DNA from: Verrucomicrobiales bacterium
GTDB taxonomy: Bacteria > Verrucomicrobiota > Verrucomicrobiia > Verrucomicrobiales > V1-33
Direction of reading: 5' to 3'
Assembly: GCA_031411295.1 (NCBI GenBank)
Contig: JANOAV010000051.1
Location: 32,001 to 96,000, forward strand
DNA: 64,000 nucleotides
Part shown: positions 1 to 9,162 of the stretch, piece after piece
Numbering within the stretch: position 1 is the stretch's first letter
Layout of the letters: every line of letters begins with the position of its first letter
Notes under the pieces: generated by a model
What the model was told of the DNA's origin: nothing
The model's input: the letters and a program-made list of their open reading frames with translations, nothing else
Database searches by the model: none
Position numbers and translations under genes: made by a program

Positions 1-1
1 G

Positions 2-127
2 CCCGACGCGAAGCTCACATTCCTGAGCACCGGCTTCCGCAATCACAACGACGCTTGGATCCTCCGTCCCAGCCCCGCGCGCGAACAAGCCCGCCAATGG
101 CTGGCAAAGATCAAATCGCCTCGATAA
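2..127 (+). CDS. 3' end of a gene entering from the left edge (unknown; possibly a hydrolase)
   Basis: Open frame from base 2 reads PDAKLTFLSTGFRNHNDAWILRPSPAREQARQWLAKIKSPR* with host-like codon use; stop TAA at 125-127. Confidence 0.5.
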   Translation, partial: PDAKLTFLSTGFRNHNDAWILRPSPAREQARQWLAKIKSPR

Positions 128-329
128 ATGATAATTCCCCGGCCCATATCTCCGCCATCCTGTCATTCATTCTTCTGTTTTCATCCCACAAAGGCGTGCG
201 ACCCTGTATGCAGGTCGGCTTCACGGTCGAGTCTTACATCTGGCTGCCCGATTGGGTAGCAAAATTTCAGTCCAGTCAATCTATCATACGTCGCAAGTGA
301 GAAGGGCCGAGCGAGCGGAGCGCTCCTAC

Positions 330-1301
330 TCATCCCGCAGCCGCGTGCTTCCGCACTGGTGCGGCGGTCTTGCCGCGATAACGCCGTGACAGGGCCGCCT
401 CACCTTTGCTGGCGATCAGCTGCACTACCGGGTGTTCGATCCGTCTCTCCGCAGTGATCAGATAGAGGTGAATGCGGCAGTCCTCCGTCTTTCCAAGAAT
501 CTCTAATCCGTAGCGTTGGACCGCATCGGCGGCCACGATGGTGGGGATGGCTGTGAAGCCAACTCCTTCGCTGGCCACCACCTTGGCAAGCGCGGCATCT
601 GCGAACTCCGCAGCCACGCGGGGTTCCACGCCAGCCAGACGGAACCAAGTATCCAACTCCCGACGTTGCGGCGTGTTCGGCGTGGGCAGCAGTGCGGGAG
701 CGCCTCGGAGGTTGGCGGGAAAGCGTCCTTTCAATCGTCGCGCCAGCGCGGGAGCAGCGCAAAAGGTGATGCCGCTGGATCCCAGCGGGTGGGTAAAAGT
801 TTTGATATTCCCCTGGGTAGGCGGCGGTTCGTCTGAGAGCACTGCATCCAGCCGATGGGATGCCAGTTGGCCCAGCAAATCGTCAAGTTTGCCCTCATGG
901 CAGGAAAGCAGCACCGAAGGCGCATGGAGGAAGGCCGGCCGCAGGATATCCAGACTCAGGAGCTTGGGAAAAGAATCTACGATCCCAACCTGCAACCGCA
1001 TCGCCCGATTGGACGGACCGCTCCTGGTGGCCACGAGCAATTCCTGCCCAAGGGCGAAAATGTCTGCGGTGTAGGTTTGCACCAGACGTCCGAATTCGGT
1101 TAGCGCCAGCACCCGTCCGTTGCGACGGAAGAGGCTTTCCCCCAAGGCGGCCTCCAGCTGCTTGATTTGAGTGCAAATGGACGGCTCCGATACCCGGAGT
1201 TTCTCCGAAGCGGAGCGCAGGCTGCCAGTCGTGGCGACCGTTTGGAAATAACGCAGGTGGTGATAATTCAGCCAGTCACTGGCAGATTCGATGGATTCCA
1301 T
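330..1301 (-). CDS. nhaR: LysR-family transcriptional regulator, NhaR-like
   Basis: N-terminal WLNYHHLRYF...GSLRSASEKLRVSEPSICTQIKQLE HTH and C-terminal ITAERRIEHP are characteristic of the NhaR subfamily. Confidence 0.85.
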   Translation of the reverse strand: MESIESASDWLNYHHLRYFQTVATTGSLRSASEKLRVSEPSICTQIKQLEAALGESLFRRNGRVLALTEFGRLVQTYTADIFALGQELLVATRSGPSNRAMRLQVGIVDSFPKLLSLDILRPAFLHAPSVLLSCHEGKLDDLLGQLASHRLDAVLSDEPPPTQGNIKTFTHPLGSSGITFCAAPALARRLKGRFPANLRGAPALLPTPNTPQRRELDTWFRLAGVEPRVAAEFADAALAKVVASEGVGFTAIPTIVAADAVQRYGLEILGKTEDCRIHLYLITAERRIEHPVVQLIASKGEAALSRRYRGKTAAPVRKHAAAG

Positions 1302-1325
1302 AATCTGAAAGTAATCGTTTCATAA

Positions 1326-1338
1326 TGAATATTATTCA
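1326..1338. promoter_or_regulatory. Candidate LysR (T-N11-A) box in the divergent promoter
   Basis: TGAATATTATTCA is a 13-bp dyad (TGAAT/ATTCA) in the AT-rich gap between nhaR and the divergent operon. Confidence 0.5.
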
Positions 1339-1411
1339 AACTGAAAATGCGGACGATCTCTGAGGCGTCAAGAATCTTGACCAACCCACCCAACCCTTAA
1401 TCCAACATTTC

Positions 1412-1732
1412 ATGAACTGTCCAAAATGCCTTGTTACGCTCTCCATGTCCGACCGTCAGGGAGTTGAAATCGACTTCTGCCCGCAATGCCGTGGCGTCTG
1501 GCTGGATCGCGGAGAACTGGACAAAATCATTGAGCGCTCGAATGCGGCCCCGGTGGCTGCGGCTCAGCCGCAGGCTGCCGAGAGTTATCCGGCACCTGCG
1601 GCTTCTGCGCTTCCACGGGATCGTCGTCGCGAATACGACGATGATGATGACTTCAGTTACCGCACCCGGGACGGATATACGAGTCACGGGAAGAAGAAGA
1701 AAAGCTTCCTCGGAGACCTGTTTGACTTGTAA
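1412..1732 (+). CDS. TFIIB-type zinc-ribbon (zf-TFIIB) protein
   Basis: MNCPKC...GVEIDFCPQCRGVWLDRGELDKII and the KKKKSFLGDLFD tail. Confidence 0.9.
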   Translation: MNCPKCLVTLSMSDRQGVEIDFCPQCRGVWLDRGELDKIIERSNAAPVAAAQPQAAESYPAPAASALPRDRRREYDDDDDFSYRTRDGYTSHGKKKKSFLGDLFDL

Positions 1733-1773
1733 ACCTCGCTGCCGGCCAACCCTTCACTCAATAAAAACAACTT

Positions 1774-2220
1774 ATGAAAAAGAACCCTGAACTAGCCGCC
1801 TACATGAACTGCACCGCCGAAGAAGGCTTGGATCTGGACCGTTTCGTGGAACACGGTGCCCGTCTGCTTACTCCTGCCGAGTCCGCCAGCTTGACCGTTG
1901 GGCTCAATGATCTCAGCGCCAAGATCAGGTCCCTGCGAATCGAGCATAACCGACTGGCGGATCAATTGGACCTGCTGGTCGATTTCTATCTGACAAATTC
2001 ACCCGGTCTTCCGGATCAAGTCCGCTCGGAAACGATCTTCGCCCTGCTGTATACGCTCAATGATGCCGATTTGGTGCCTGATGATGAACCAGAGGTTGGC
2101 TATCTGGATGACCAGGCGGTCGTGGAAAGCGTCCTCTCAAGACACCCGGGCGTGTTTGAATCTCACTGCCTATACCGCGAAATCGAATGGTCCACAGTGG
2201 CTCCTGAGCAGATTGCCTAA
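1774..2220 (+). CDS. YkvA/DUF1232-like protein
   Basis: ALLYTLNDADLVPDDEPEVGYLDD resembles the DUF1232 'DLIPD..P..G..DD' motif. Confidence 0.7.
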   Translation: MKKNPELAAYMNCTAEEGLDLDRFVEHGARLLTPAESASLTVGLNDLSAKIRSLRIEHNRLADQLDLLVDFYLTNSPGLPDQVRSETIFALLYTLNDADLVPDDEPEVGYLDDQAVVESVLSRHPGVFESHCLYREIEWSTVAPEQIA

Positions 2221-2247
2221 GCACCCGGCACCACGAATTGCTGCGCT

Positions 2248-3084
2248 ATGATTTCTTTCGCGAACCGCATTGTCGATTCCAAGGCCTTCCGAGCCACCAT
2301 CATCGTCGTGATCCTGCTGGCTGGGGTGCTGGTGGGCGTGGAGACTAACGCCGCACTGGCCAGCGAACATCGGGGATTACTCCGGGCCTTGGATCTTACG
2401 GTGCTGGGTATTTTCATCGCTGAAATAGCCCTGAAGATCATCGCGAAAGGGAAGCGTCCGCTGAATTACTTCCGCGACGGATGGAATGTCTTTGATTTCA
2501 CGATTGTGGCAGTCTGCCTGCTTCCCATCGGCGGACCATTCGCGGCCGTGCTGAGATTGGTGCGCACGCTGAGATTGCTGCGCCTGGTGACGGCTCTGCC
2601 AAGGCTCCAGCTTATCGTTGGGGCGCTGCTGAAAAGCTTGAGTTCCATGGGTTATGTCACGCTGCTGCTCTCACTGATTTTTTACATTTATGCGATCATC
2701 GGGATTCAGTTATTCGGGCAGCATGCCCCGCACCAATTCGGTTCCCTGTCGGCGGCCATGCTATCCCTTTTCCAAATGATCACGCTTGATGCTTGGAGTG
2801 ACCTCTTCCACAGCGTCAATCGCTTTGCGCCGATCGCATCAGTGCTTTATTTCCTCACCTTTATTCTCCTCGGAACCATGATCATGCTGAACCTCTTCAT
2901 CGGCGTCATCATGAGCAGCATGTCAGAGATGCACGCAGAGTTGGACGAGCAGAAACAGGGCCGCAAATCCTCACGCAATGATGAAACCGTCTCCTCTGCG
3001 CTGACGTTGATCGATCAACAACTCACCACCTTGCGGACGCAGTTCGAGTCCCTGCGGGCGAAACTTCCAAAATCACCCATATGA
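2248..3084 (+). CDS. Voltage-gated cation channel (BacNav-like ion transporter)
   Basis: Six hydrophobic segments, YFRDGWNVFDF, S4 LRLVRTLRLLRLV, pore TLDAWSD, S6 MLNLFIGVI and a coiled-coil tail. Confidence 0.9.
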   Translation: MISFANRIVDSKAFRATIIVVILLAGVLVGVETNAALASEHRGLLRALDLTVLGIFIAEIALKIIAKGKRPLNYFRDGWNVFDFTIVAVCLLPIGGPFAAVLRLVRTLRLLRLVTALPRLQLIVGALLKSLSSMGYVTLLLSLIFYIYAIIGIQLFGQHAPHQFGSLSAAMLSLFQMITLDAWSDLFHSVNRFAPIASVLYFLTFILLGTMIMLNLFIGVIMSSMSEMHAELDEQKQGRKSSRNDETVSSALTLIDQQLTTLRTQFESLRAKLPKSPI

Positions 3085-3329
3085 AATTGAAACACTGGCT
3101 GCTGTCACTCTGGGTGCTGAGCTTTTTCGCGTTGCACCAGGACTTTTGGAACTGGACCCAGGCTGATCCGCTGCTCTTCGGCATGCTGCCGCCGGGGTTG
3201 ACCTATCATCTGGGATATTCGGTGCTGGCGGCATTTACCATGGCGCTTCTCGTTAAGTTCGCCTGGCCTTCCGATCTGGATGATGAAGCCACAGCTGAGC
3301 AACCGCCTGTCCACAAATCAGAACCATGA
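3081..3329 (+). CDS. DUF3311-like small membrane protein (SSS partner)
   Basis: LHQDFWNW...LFGMLPPGLTYHLGYS; 4-nt overlaps with both neighbours. Confidence 0.75.
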   Translation: MKLKHWLLSLWVLSFFALHQDFWNWTQADPLLFGMLPPGLTYHLGYSVLAAFTMALLVKFAWPSDLDDEATAEQPPVHKSEP

Positions 3330-4894
3330 TCCCGACCATTGTCATTTTCATCTATCTGGCCATCGTGCTCTACGTTGGGCTGTTTGCCTTTCGTATGAGC
3401 ACTGGTTCCAAGGAGGACTTCTTCCTCGCGAGCCGGTCGCTGGGGCCGTGGGTTTTTCTGCTCACGGTCTTCGGCACGAACATGACCGCCTTCGCCATCC
3501 TTGGCAGCTCAGGCTTGGCCTATCAGCGGGGGATTGGCGTTTACGGGCTGATGGCATCCTCTTCCGGACTGATCATTCCCCTCACGATTTTCCTCATCGG
3601 CACCAGACTTTGGGCGCTTGGAAAAAAGCACGGCTACATGACGCAAGTGCAGTATTTTCGGGATCGCTGGGAGTGCAGCGGGGTTGGCACGGTGATCTTT
3701 ACCGTAACCGCACTGATGATGATTCCTTACATCGTGATCGGAATGATGGGTGGAGGACATACCTTGGAGGAACTCAGCGGTGGCTTGGTGCCCTATTGGC
3801 TGGGCGGTGCGGTGGTGGGCGTGGTGGTGATGCTTTATGTCTTTTTCGGAGGCATGCGGGGCGTGGCCTGGGTCAACGCCCTGCAAACGGTGCTCTTCCT
3901 GGCCTTCGGGGCGATCGCCTTCATCCTGATCTCCCGCAATCTCGGTGGCTTCGACCGCATTATTGGCGAAATTGCAGCGGACCCGAAGGATTCCGCACTG
4001 CTGACGCGCCAACGCATTTCACCTCAGGAATTCTTCAGCTATGCGTTTATTCCACTTTCCGCCATGATGTTCCCGCACATGGCCATCATGTGTCTGACGG
4101 CGGAGAAAGTGACTTCCTTCAAGCGCACCGTCGTCTGGTATCCGATCTGCATTTTATTGATCTGGTTGCCCAGCGTATTCCTGGGCATTGTGGCCGCCCA
4201 TCAATTTCCCGGCCTGAAAATGGGTGAGTCCGATGATGTGATTCTGCGGCTGCTGGTGGGCAATACCGATGTCATTGTGGCCGGCATTCTCGGGGCCGCG
4301 ATCATGGCTTGCGTCATGGCCACGGATTCGCAGATCATGGCGCTCAGCACGATGTTCAGTCAGGATGTTTTCGCCCACTACGGTGGCACCAAGCGCTATG
4401 GCGAACAAGCCCAGGTCTGGATGGGGCGGGCGTTCGTGATCGTCATCGCAGTCGTTAGCTATGTCCTTGCGCTGATACTGGAAGGGCAGAAGTCGATCTT
4501 CGATCTGGCCATCCGCTTCGGTTTCTCCGGATTCGCAGCCCTTGCTCCAGTGATGCTGGCCGCACTGTTCTGGCGCAGGAGCAATCAATGGGGAGCGCTG
4601 GCAGCCGTGCTCTGGGTGGTGGTTTCGATGGCTTTCCTGTGGTGGCTCCAGGTTCATTCCCAATCGCTGGCCCCGAAACCAGGGCAACCTCCGGTGCCGA
4701 TCTTTGCAGAGCTTGGGCAACTCTTTCTCCGGACTCCTTCGAACGTCACCATCTTCGGATTCATGCCAGTGATGTTCATGTGCTTCGGTTCCGTCTTCTG
4801 GATCGTCGCAGTGAGCCTCCTCACCAAGCCACCCTCAAGGAACACCCTTGAGAAATTTTTCCCCAGGAAAGCAAAAGGCGCTGCACTAGGCTAA
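3326..4894 (+). CDS. Sodium:solute symporter family protein
   Basis: DFFLASRSLG, YVFFGGMRGVAWVNALQ, many transmembrane segments, 522 aa. Confidence 0.9.
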   Translation: MIPTIVIFIYLAIVLYVGLFAFRMSTGSKEDFFLASRSLGPWVFLLTVFGTNMTAFAILGSSGLAYQRGIGVYGLMASSSGLIIPLTIFLIGTRLWALGKKHGYMTQVQYFRDRWECSGVGTVIFTVTALMMIPYIVIGMMGGGHTLEELSGGLVPYWLGGAVVGVVVMLYVFFGGMRGVAWVNALQTVLFLAFGAIAFILISRNLGGFDRIIGEIAADPKDSALLTRQRISPQEFFSYAFIPLSAMMFPHMAIMCLTAEKVTSFKRTVVWYPICILLIWLPSVFLGIVAAHQFPGLKMGESDDVILRLLVGNTDVIVAGILGAAIMACVMATDSQIMALSTMFSQDVFAHYGGTKRYGEQAQVWMGRAFVIVIAVVSYVLALILEGQKSIFDLAIRFGFSGFAALAPVMLAALFWRRSNQWGALAAVLWVVVSMAFLWWLQVHSQSLAPKPGQPPVPIFAELGQLFLRTPSNVTIFGFMPVMFMCFGSVFWIVAVSLLTKPPSRNTLEKFFPRKAKGAALG

Positions 4895-4896
4895 CA

Positions 4897-5238
4897 GAAG
4901 GCTACTACCGCGCCCTCCGCCGCACCCAGACCACGCTCACCTCCAAGAAGCCCGAATGGGAAGCCTGGCACCTCTTCTTCCTCCGCGCCCTCGTGAAGCA
5001 AAAAGACGCGCTCGCCAAAAAGATCGCCCTCGAAGAAACCCTCACCGAAGACCTCCACCCGCTCGCCCAAAAGATCGTCGCCCTCCTCCCCGATCACGAA
5101 ACCCTCACACTCAGTCAGATCGTGAGGCTCACGAAGGGCAAACCCAGCACCGTGAAGTTGCGCCTGAAGGAACTCGTCGAGAAAGGCTATCTTGTGCCGA
5201 AGGGACAAGGGCGCGGGGCGCATTATTTTAGAACATAA
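4897..5238 (+). pseudogene. C-terminal remnant of a Fic-family protein (winged-HTH tail)
   Basis: The frame of ORF 4993..5238 extends upstream as EGYYRALRRTQTTLTSKKPEWEAWHLFFLRAL, typical of the post-Fic-motif region, and ends LVEKGYLVPKGQGRGAHY. The catalytic HPFxxGNGR part is missing and the remnant begins 2 nt after the SSS stop. Confidence 0.7.
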
Positions 5239-5257
5239 GCCCTCTAAGGTATTGAAG

Positions 5258-7342
5258 CTACAGGTTATCAATCGTGTCTCGCAGCATTTCCGATTCAAAA
5301 GGAGTCAACGAAAGCTTCGATGGTTCAACTCGATGAAGGTTATCGATGATTGAGTCTACATCATCACCGAGATCGTGTTTTTGGAGCACTTGGAGCGTGA
5401 GCTTGTAGGGCAGGCCGTATTCTTCGAGCACAGTCACCGCTGGGTGCATGAACAGATGTTTCACCATCCCACCAAAGAGGCGGTAATCTCCAGGTTTCAT
5501 ATTCTGACGCTCGAAGACCGACCGCTGAATTCGCTCGATGGCTCCCAGGAACTTGGGGAAATGAAACTCACACCACTGGCGCAAGAATTTCAGGACACGC
5601 TCGATGGCATCAGAGGGGCTTTTGGTTTGAGGGTTCGCTAGCTCGATTCGGATAAGCTGCGGGATGGACGGGTTGTTGTAGAAGCGGAAGAGCAAGAACG
5701 AGAGTTGCTTGCCACTGGCGACACCATCACGGGGTTTGTCGCCGAGGAAGTGTTTGAAGATCAAACGGCACACCTCCTGGAGCTGAGGTCCCGTTGGGAT
5801 GCTGGACCAGCTCAACAGAGGATGATACTTGTGAGGATTGGATGCAATCTCGGTCGCCAGATCCAGTTGAGGGCGAGGTTCAACACCGCTGTTCGAGCGC
5901 ATTACCTCAATGGGAAGAATGTCTTGGGCGTGCAGGTATCGAAGCTGCTCTTGGGCGCGCTCGGATAGATCACGCTGATCCAGTTGAATCAACAGCGATT
6001 CCGGCGCGCCAGTATGAGTCAGTGATGGAAAATCCACGATGGGCAGTTCAGGATCTGGCTCAGCGTGGAGAACGTAAACATGCCCAACAAAGTGCTTCAG
6101 CATTCGGCCAGCCCTTCCTTTGATGTTGTTGAAGGTGAACTGGTCGAACTTCTTCGTCGCGATCTTGTTGTCGTAGATGATGATGTTCTTCGCTGAAGTG
6201 TTTACCCCCTCAATGATGGTCGAGGTGCAGAGGAGGAATCGAATGGAGCCCTCGTTGAACTTCCTCAGCAAATGATACGCGATGGAGCGAGGTAGCGAGC
6301 CGTGGTGAACGCCATACCCCTGGTCCAGCAAGTCAGCGAGAATCCATTCAGGGTGGTAGTTGGCGCGCAGCCAGTCAGCCATCTCTTTAGCTTCTGTGCT
6401 TGGAGCGGCGACGCCCTCTGCGATTAGGTGGCCAGCGAGCTCAAAAGCGCTGGCTGCCGACTTGCAGAAAATCAACGTCGGCTCTGTTAGTGTGCGGCAG
6501 ATATCCAGCGCGTTCTCAAGTTCGGTCCCTTTCTGACTGTATCGGATTTCAGTTGCGACTGTGGTGAAATCGAACCGGAAGAATCTGAAATTGAGTTCAC
6601 TTTCGTTGATCGTTATGTCCTGAACGTTAGGACCGATCAGAAAGAACTGCGCACCAGATTTGAACAACTGGTAAAACGCCTGATTCAACACGAAGGTCCG
6701 CTCATCCCCTCGGTTATTGGGACTCAATTTGTAGAACTCATCCAGGATGAAGAACTCTGGATTGATCGCTGTCTCGAATTCGACAAAGCGCTCTTGGGTC
6801 AGGACGTAGATGTTCCGATCCGACCGCTCCTGTGATGGATGGGTAATGACCTTGAATTTCGTGCCAAACCGCTTCGCCAGACGCCTTCGAGTTTCGTCAA
6901 TCAGTGCTATGGTTGGCACAATGACGACGATACTTGAGAACCTCTCAGAAGCGATCATGGCGTCAATCAACAGGCTCTTGCCAAAGCTCGTGGGTGCGCT
7001 CAGAATGACATTCACTCCGTCCATTAGTGCTCGATAGACCTTGGCTTGCGCTGAGTGCAGCACGATCCCATCGAGGCCATCTGCACAGTGGTATTCCAGA
7101 TCGACAAAGTCTGCGGTCGAGAGTTTCGCATCATTTTCCAGGTAGGGATAAAGACCTGCCCGTTGCGTTAACGCCGACAGAATGACTGCATACCGCTCAA
7201 GAACTTGGCGATGTTCCAGCACGCGAATGAGCGCGTCGCGCCCATCGTTCTCGCGAGTCTCAAGTAAACCTGAGATCTCAGCCAACGCGGAGAAGCCATT
7301 CTCCTTCAGCCAGCCGGGGTTGGAGAAACGCTCGTTACTCAT
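5258..7342 (-). CDS. hamB: Hachiman SF2 (DEAD/DEAH-box) helicase HamB
   Basis: APTSFGKS Walker A, ILDEFY, HHGSLP, STIIEGVN and NIKGRAGR; overlaps the DUF1837 gene by 4 nt. Confidence 0.85.
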   Translation of the reverse strand: MSNERFSNPGWLKENGFSALAEISGLLETRENDGRDALIRVLEHRQVLERYAVILSALTQRAGLYPYLENDAKLSTADFVDLEYHCADGLDGIVLHSAQAKVYRALMDGVNVILSAPTSFGKSLLIDAMIASERFSSIVVIVPTIALIDETRRRLAKRFGTKFKVITHPSQERSDRNIYVLTQERFVEFETAINPEFFILDEFYKLSPNNRGDERTFVLNQAFYQLFKSGAQFFLIGPNVQDITINESELNFRFFRFDFTTVATEIRYSQKGTELENALDICRTLTEPTLIFCKSAASAFELAGHLIAEGVAAPSTEAKEMADWLRANYHPEWILADLLDQGYGVHHGSLPRSIAYHLLRKFNEGSIRFLLCTSTIIEGVNTSAKNIIIYDNKIATKKFDQFTFNNIKGRAGRMLKHFVGHVYVLHAEPDPELPIVDFPSLTHTGAPESLLIQLDQRDLSERAQEQLRYLHAQDILPIEVMRSNSGVEPRPQLDLATEIASNPHKYHPLLSWSSIPTGPQLQEVCRLIFKHFLGDKPRDGVASGKQLSFLLFRFYNNPSIPQLIRIELANPQTKSPSDAIERVLKFLRQWCEFHFPKFLGAIERIQRSVFERQNMKPGDYRLFGGMVKHLFMHPAVTVLEEYGLPYKLTLQVLQKHDLGDDVDSIIDNLHRVEPSKLSLTPFESEMLRDTIDNL

Positions 7343-8190
7343 CGCTGCATGCCCTCCAGCTTGCTGTGAAGAAGTTTGACCAAAGTTTCCTTCTCGTGAA
7401 GCGGCACAAGAAACAGGTGGATCCGAATGTCAGGCAGCTTCGAAGCTCCAAACTTCGAGGCTATTGCCGTCATCTCCACCTTGAGTTCATCCTTGAACGC
7501 CGTGCAAACCTTCGTGTGAGAAGCCACACACCTGCTCTCATATGTAACGAGGGCGGAGATGCAAATGCGCGCAAACACTTCGTCGAGTGACTTTCGCCGG
7601 TTGATCAACTCCTTCACCTTGTCGCAGTGCTTCCAGCGCGGGTCCAGTTTGGTTCCAATCAGGACGAACTCGTCACGCAGGTAGCGCTGCTCGGTGTGAT
7701 CCACTATCTCTTTGGTGATGTCTGCCACCGCCGCATTGGCGTTCTTGTAGAATTTGACCTCTCCAAGCCACAGCTCAAGATCATCACCGTTCTCCACGAT
7801 GTGAACGGCATCAAAGCCCTTCACCGTCTCGTTGTTTGCAGACTTGTAGTAGATCTTGCTGATGGCCGGTTCAGAGTCAAAAACCTGACGGAGCAACGCA
7901 TGAAGCAGCAATTCGCCAAACTCTCCGCGCTTCTGATATTTGTCTGTGGTGTAAACGACCTTGGCTGCCTGCTTCACCAGCCTCATTGCTGTGCCAGAGT
8001 TGAATTCTTCTAGCTCCGAATACTTCAGTGCAAATTCTGGAAGCCAGTCAAAGAGGTAGTTGGCCAGCTCATCGTTGCGGAACTTTCCTTGCTCGTAGCC
8101 TGCACTCGCCCCCGTAAGTCCTGGACTACTCGCCTTGTCATGAATGACCAAATCGAAGAATGCTTCGGGTCTGTCTTGATAGGGGCGCAT
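7339..8190 (-). CDS. hamA: Hachiman DUF1837 nuclease HamA
   Basis: RGEFGELLLH...KGFDAVH...LWLGEVKFY PD-(D/E)xK-like DUF1837 motifs; ATG at 8190 preceded by AGAGGA; directly upstream of the helicase. Confidence 0.85.
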   Translation of the reverse strand: MRPYQDRPEAFFDLVIHDKASSPGLTGASAGYEQGKFRNDELANYLFDWLPEFALKYSELEEFNSGTAMRLVKQAAKVVYTTDKYQKRGEFGELLLHALLRQVFDSEPAISKIYYKSANNETVKGFDAVHIVENGDDLELWLGEVKFYKNANAAVADITKEIVDHTEQRYLRDEFVLIGTKLDPRWKHCDKVKELINRRKSLDEVFARICISALVTYESRCVASHTKVCTAFKDELKVEMTAIASKFGASKLPDIRIHLFLVPLHEKETLVKLLHSKLEGMQR

Positions 8191-8192
8191 TC

Positions 8193-8648
8193 TCAATGAG
8201 TTCCTCTATTAGAGATCGGATTCCAAACCTTCGCGAACCCAAAACCCTCGAAATCCTTCACATTTGCCGTGGCAAACGCGGTGACGCCGAAGGCGCGGAG
8301 GCCGAGTGCTGTGCGGGTGTCGTAGATGCGGCGGCGGGCGAAGTCGGGAACGGCAGCTTGTTGCCAGAGTTCGGCGTGGAGTTCGCGGCTGGTGGGCGGG
8401 AAGCCGAGGATCTTCCATCGGGGGTGTTGGCGGTAACTTTGGATGACCGCGACGGCTTCCGGCGCAGTCAGCGGCTGGGCAAGGACGGCGGGATTGCGGA
8501 GCAGCAGGTAGAACTCGGTGAGCACGAACTCACTGATGGCCACATCCTCCCGTTGCGAGACAGACTCGATGAACTGGCGGGCTGCCGCGTGTTGTGGTGC
8601 GGCTTCGCTGTAGCAGTAAAGTAGGAGATTCGTGTCGATGGAGAGCAT
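8193..8648 (-). CDS. vapC: VapC-family PIN-domain toxin
   Basis: MLSIDTNLLLY, SEFVLTEFY, IYDTR, FATANVKDF acidic PIN motifs. Confidence 0.9.
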   Translation of the reverse strand: MLSIDTNLLLYCYSEAAPQHAAARQFIESVSQREDVAISEFVLTEFYLLLRNPAVLAQPLTAPEAVAVIQSYRQHPRWKILGFPPTSRELHAELWQQAAVPDFARRRIYDTRTALGLRAFGVTAFATANVKDFEGFGFAKVWNPISNRGTH

Positions 8649-8666
8649 GGCCGGTCAGAAGGTGTT

Positions 8667-8921
8667 TCAGGCCAAACGTGGGTCTCCATCGGCAAAGACA
8701 GCGTCACGGAGTTCGTCGGCGCTGAGGCCTTTCCACCCAACGCGATTGGAGGTCGGCGGTGTCCATGCGACGGCGGCCTTGCTAGATGTCTCGGGGTAGA
8801 CCTGAAGCAACAACTCAGCGCCACGGCGAAACGTCTCCGCCAAGGACCATTCTCGCTGTTTGGCGAAGGTGCGGAGTTCCTGAAACAACTCTTCTGGGAC
8901 TTGGATCTGTGTCTTTGTCAT
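8667..8921 (-). CDS. vapB: VapB-like ribbon-helix-helix antitoxin
   Basis: 84 aa, MTKTQIQVPEELFQELRTFAKQREWSLAETFRRG, directly upstream of the PIN gene. Confidence 0.85.
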   Translation of the reverse strand: MTKTQIQVPEELFQELRTFAKQREWSLAETFRRGAELLLQVYPETSSKAAVAWTPPTSNRVGWKGLSADELRDAVFADGDPRLA

Positions 8922-8957
8922 GATGGAGATTATCCCACTCCATCAAATTAATGTCAA
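8921..8957 (-). promoter_or_regulatory. Sigma70-type leaderless promoter with palindromic operator for vapBC(-hamAB)
   Basis: Minus strand TTGACA (8957-8952), 17 nt, GATAAT (8934-8929), 7 nt, ATG. A perfect inverted repeat TGATGGAG-N9-CTCCATCA (8921-8945) encloses the -10. Confidence 0.75.
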
Positions 8958-9162
8958 TCACTGAATTAGACTCGGACCCGAAATTGCCCCTCATTTCCCC
9001 TTCCCTCACAGCTTCGCGTCGAAAACTGATAACCAGCAGCGATCAGCCTGTATGGCTAAATCCCAACTGCTCCGCAGTTCATTTTTTGAGTGATAGCCTG
9101 TTGGGTGATTTTTAGCGTCCCAGCTCACGTTTTTAGGATCATCCTTCCCCGTCGCTGAAAAC

